Shown here in pieces: positions 61,620-64,000 of a DNA stretch of 64,000 nt. The translations under genes and the position numbers were made by a program. Numbering within the stretch: the stretch's first letter is position 1; each line of letters starts with the position of its first letter. Below the pieces are notes generated by a model. It was given only the letters and a program-made list of their open reading frames with translations, made no database searches and was not told the DNA's origin. The DNA is from an uncultured delta proteobacterium (GTDB lineage Bacteria; Desulfobacterota; Binatia; UBA9968): positions 160,001 through 224,000 of the forward strand of contig CAVSHR010000009.1 of assembly GCA_963727625.1 (NCBI GenBank). Direction: 5' to 3'.

Positions 61620-61775
61620 AGCGCGTTCTCCTCTAGGCAAATTTTGCTAGCTTGGAAGCGGACCATTCTCTCCGCCGATGGGTCCGACGTTAGTCGATAT
61701 GAGCGATGACCGTCAAGAGTTTTGACGAAGAAGGATTTGGAGAATATGACCGGGCTCGACCGGGATTAAAAGGTG

Positions 61776-62843
61776 TCAAACGTTCAACGTCACGCCCAGT
61801 CCCGGACCGTCGGGCACTCGTATTGCGCCTTCGACGACTTCGAATCCGTCGACCAAATCACCGTCGAGCTCTTCGAACTCGGCAATCTCGGATGGCACGA
61901 TGATACCTGGAGTGGAGCTGATGAAATGCGCTTGGGCGGCTTCGACCAAGCGCGTCGTCCCGGTGCCACCGACATGGCAGGACAAACCGAAAGATTGGCA
62001 GGCATCGACTACCGCCCGGCTTTTGCGAATGCCGCCGAGTTTGAGCAGTTTGATGCTCACCGCCTTGGCGGCCTTCGCCGCCGCAATTTTAGCGACGTCA
62101 TCCGGCGTGTTCACTGACTGATCCGCAAGCACAAGAGGCGTCACCGCTCGATTCACCTTTGCCATGTCCTCGATATCATCCGCCGGCACCGGCTGTTCGA
62201 CCATGGTCAATCCCTCCGGGGTCAGCTGATCGATCACGCGGATCGCCGTCGCGGCGTCGTAAGCGCCGTTGAAGTCCGCGGTAAATTGAATGCCCGGACC
62301 GACAGCGGCGCGGACCGCTCGGAATCGTTCCAGATCGGCTGCTGCCCCCGCACCGAGTTTAACCTTCAGGAAGCGATAACCCCGCTTGACCAACTGTGCG
62401 GCCCGCTCGGCCATAAAACCGGTCGAGCCCATGCCGAGCATTTTTAGCACCGGGATGGTTTCATGCGTGCGGCCGCCGAGAAAAGTCGATAGAGATCGAT
62501 TCTCTGTCTTGGCGGCGAGATCGAGCAAGGCCATTTCCACCGCTACCAAGTGGCGTGCATAATTAGGCAATTGCCGCCCCAACTCTGTCATGAGGGAATC
62601 GATTTCGAGCGCATCCCGGTCAACAAGCGATTTCTCGGTCACCCGTTTAAGCGCAGCGATGCCGGGCTCAAAAGTCGCGTCATCCCTAGGCATCACCGAA
62701 GCGGCGCCGATACCGGTCATGCCGTTGTCGGCACCTAACTTGATGTACAGCACCCGCACCGCATCCGCGCTATAGCTCGCCGTCTGCCAGCGATACTTGC
62801 GCCGCAAACAATGCGGGTAAAAGCTAATGTCGACGATCTTCAT
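61776..62843 (-). CDS. Mandelate racemase/muconate cycloisomerase (enolase superfamily)
   Basis: KVK, DFN, EQP, DQS, KLLKLGG, PGLG. Confidence 0.9.
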   Translation of the reverse strand: MKIVDISFYPHCLRRKYRWQTASYSADAVRVLYIKLGADNGMTGIGAASVMPRDDATFEPGIAALKRVTEKSLVDRDALEIDSLMTELGRQLPNYARHLVAVEMALLDLAAKTENRSLSTFLGGRTHETIPVLKMLGMGSTGFMAERAAQLVKRGYRFLKVKLGAGAAADLERFRAVRAAVGPGIQFTADFNGAYDAATAIRVIDQLTPEGLTMVEQPVPADDIEDMAKVNRAVTPLVLADQSVNTPDDVAKIAAAKAAKAVSIKLLKLGGIRKSRAVVDACQSFGLSCHVGGTGTTRLVEAAQAHFISSTPGIIVPSEIAEFEELDGDLVDGFEVVEGAIRVPDGPGLGVTLNV

Positions 62844-62885
62844 CGGCGTGGTCCCGCTACTGGTACATGTTGGCCCGGCTCGAAC

Positions 62886-63296
62886 TCAAACTATTTTCTG
62901 CGCGCTGAGGATTGGCTCATAGAGCATCTGGATGACGATGCCGTCGGGATCGGCACAGTAAAAAGACGCGCTGCCGTCGCGATGGACTTTGAACGGATGG
63001 ACGATCGCGACGCCTTTGGCGCGAAACTCCTGCTCCAGCGCCTCGACCCGCTCGATACTCTCGACCAGAAAGCCTAGATGGTCGAGCTGGCTTTCTGCGC
63101 CATGCTGAAACAGATTGGGCGAAACCTCATGAAACGCTAAATTATCCCAGCCCAAAGAGAGATAAACGTTACGCGGATCGGGTTCCCAAACAGTATCCAT
63201 GCCGAGAACATCTCGATAAAAACTCTTTGCCCGCGCCGCGTCGCGCACCTTGAGTGCGATATGGCGCATGCCCTTAAGACCGCTGATACGGCTCAT
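62886..63296 (-). CDS. VOC/glyoxalase family protein
   Basis: RHIALKV, FYRDVLG, LDHLGF, FYCADPDG. Confidence 0.88.
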   Translation of the reverse strand: MSRISGLKGMRHIALKVRDAARAKSFYRDVLGMDTVWEPDPRNVYLSLGWDNLAFHEVSPNLFQHGAESQLDHLGFLVESIERVEALEQEFRAKGVAIVHPFKVHRDGSASFYCADPDGIVIQMLYEPILSAQKIV

Positions 63297-63390
63297 GCTT
63301 CGGACTATAGCACAACGGGGCAAAATTGCAGGCCTCAGCGCTACGTTGCACCCCTTGCGAGCGCCAGATAAAAGCGGGATTATTTTCACC

Positions 63391-64000
63391 ATGAAAGAAG
63401 CACGCTGGTGGCATACCGAGACCGACGGCAGGATTCTCTGCACGCTGTGCCCGCGTTTTTGCCGTATCGGCGACGGCCAGGCTGGCTTCTGTTATATTCG
63501 CAAGAACGTCGGCGGAACTCTTTACTCCCTCGGTTACGGCTCCTCCACCGGCTTCGCCATCGATCCCATCGAGAAAAAGCCTCTCAATCATTTTTTGCCG
63601 GGCAGTGAAATTTTAAGCTTCGGCACCGCCGGCTGTAACCTGGGCTGCCGTTTTTGCCAGAACTGGAGCATCAGCAAAGCGAAGCTGGACGAAGCCCAAA
63701 GCGTAAACACGCTGCCGGAAGAGGTCATCAAACTCGCCCTCAAACAAAAAGTGCCAAGCATCGCTTTCACCTACAACGATCCGGTAATCTGGGGCGAATT
63801 CGTCATCGACATCTCGCGCTTGGCGCGCGAGCACGGCCTTAAAAGTGTGATGGTCACTGCCGGTTACATCACCCCGGAGGCGCGCCCGGAAGTTTTTCGC
63901 TATATCGACGCCGCCAACGTCGACCTCAAAGCCTTTACCGAGCGTTTCTATCACCGCTTGACCTTTTCTCACCTCGATCCGGTGCTCGACACGCTCAAAT
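63391..64000 (+). CDS. amrS: AmmeMemoRadiSam system radical SAM enzyme, partial (runs off window)
   Basis: Manual translation: CTLCPRFC, DPIEKKPL.HF.PG, GCNLGCRFCQNW (CxxxCxxC), AFTYNDP, NVDLKAF. Confidence 0.92.
   Translation, partial: MKEARWWHTETDGRILCTLCPRFCRIGDGQAGFCYIRKNVGGTLYSLGYGSSTGFAIDPIEKKPLNHFLPGSEILSFGTAGCNLGCRFCQNWSISKAKLDEAQSVNTLPEEVIKLALKQKVPSIAFTYNDPVIWGEFVIDISRLAREHGLKSVMVTAGYITPEARPEVFRYIDAANVDLKAFTERFYHRLTFSHLDPVLDTLK

Noticed and set aside
1-64000. Global UGA reassignment (genetic code 4 or 25) as the explanation for the in-frame TGAs
   Set aside because: Many full-length genes here end properly in TGA (e.g. 3047, 11289, 13640, 17590), so UGA is normally a stop.

Overview
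GC-rich bacterial chromosomal segment. Gene content suggests a Deltaproteobacteria-like soil/groundwater lineage such as Ca. Binatia (inference only). It is dominated by catabolic and uptake genes: four CaiB/BaiF CoA-transferases, acyl-CoA dehydrogenases, amidohydrolases, many solute-binding proteins, a TctCAB transporter and two FbpB-like permeases. It also carries VapBC and MazEF toxin-antitoxin pairs, a HigA-like antitoxin with a truncated toxin, many gene remnants and short dispersed intergenic repeats. Main discovery: two genes that the ORF track cuts short at an in-frame UGA look like selenoproteins. (1) A SelO/YdiU protein AMPylase ends YQTF-UGA-GT-UGA, where this subfamily ends TFCGT. 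(2) An AhpC/TSA peroxiredoxin-like gene has UGA at the peroxidatic position and lies downstream of a thiol-dioxygenase-like cupin. In both, a SECIS-like hairpin stem begins after exactly 13 nt following the UGA. No selABCD genes, rRNA, tRNA, CRISPR array or intact transposase were recognised in the window.
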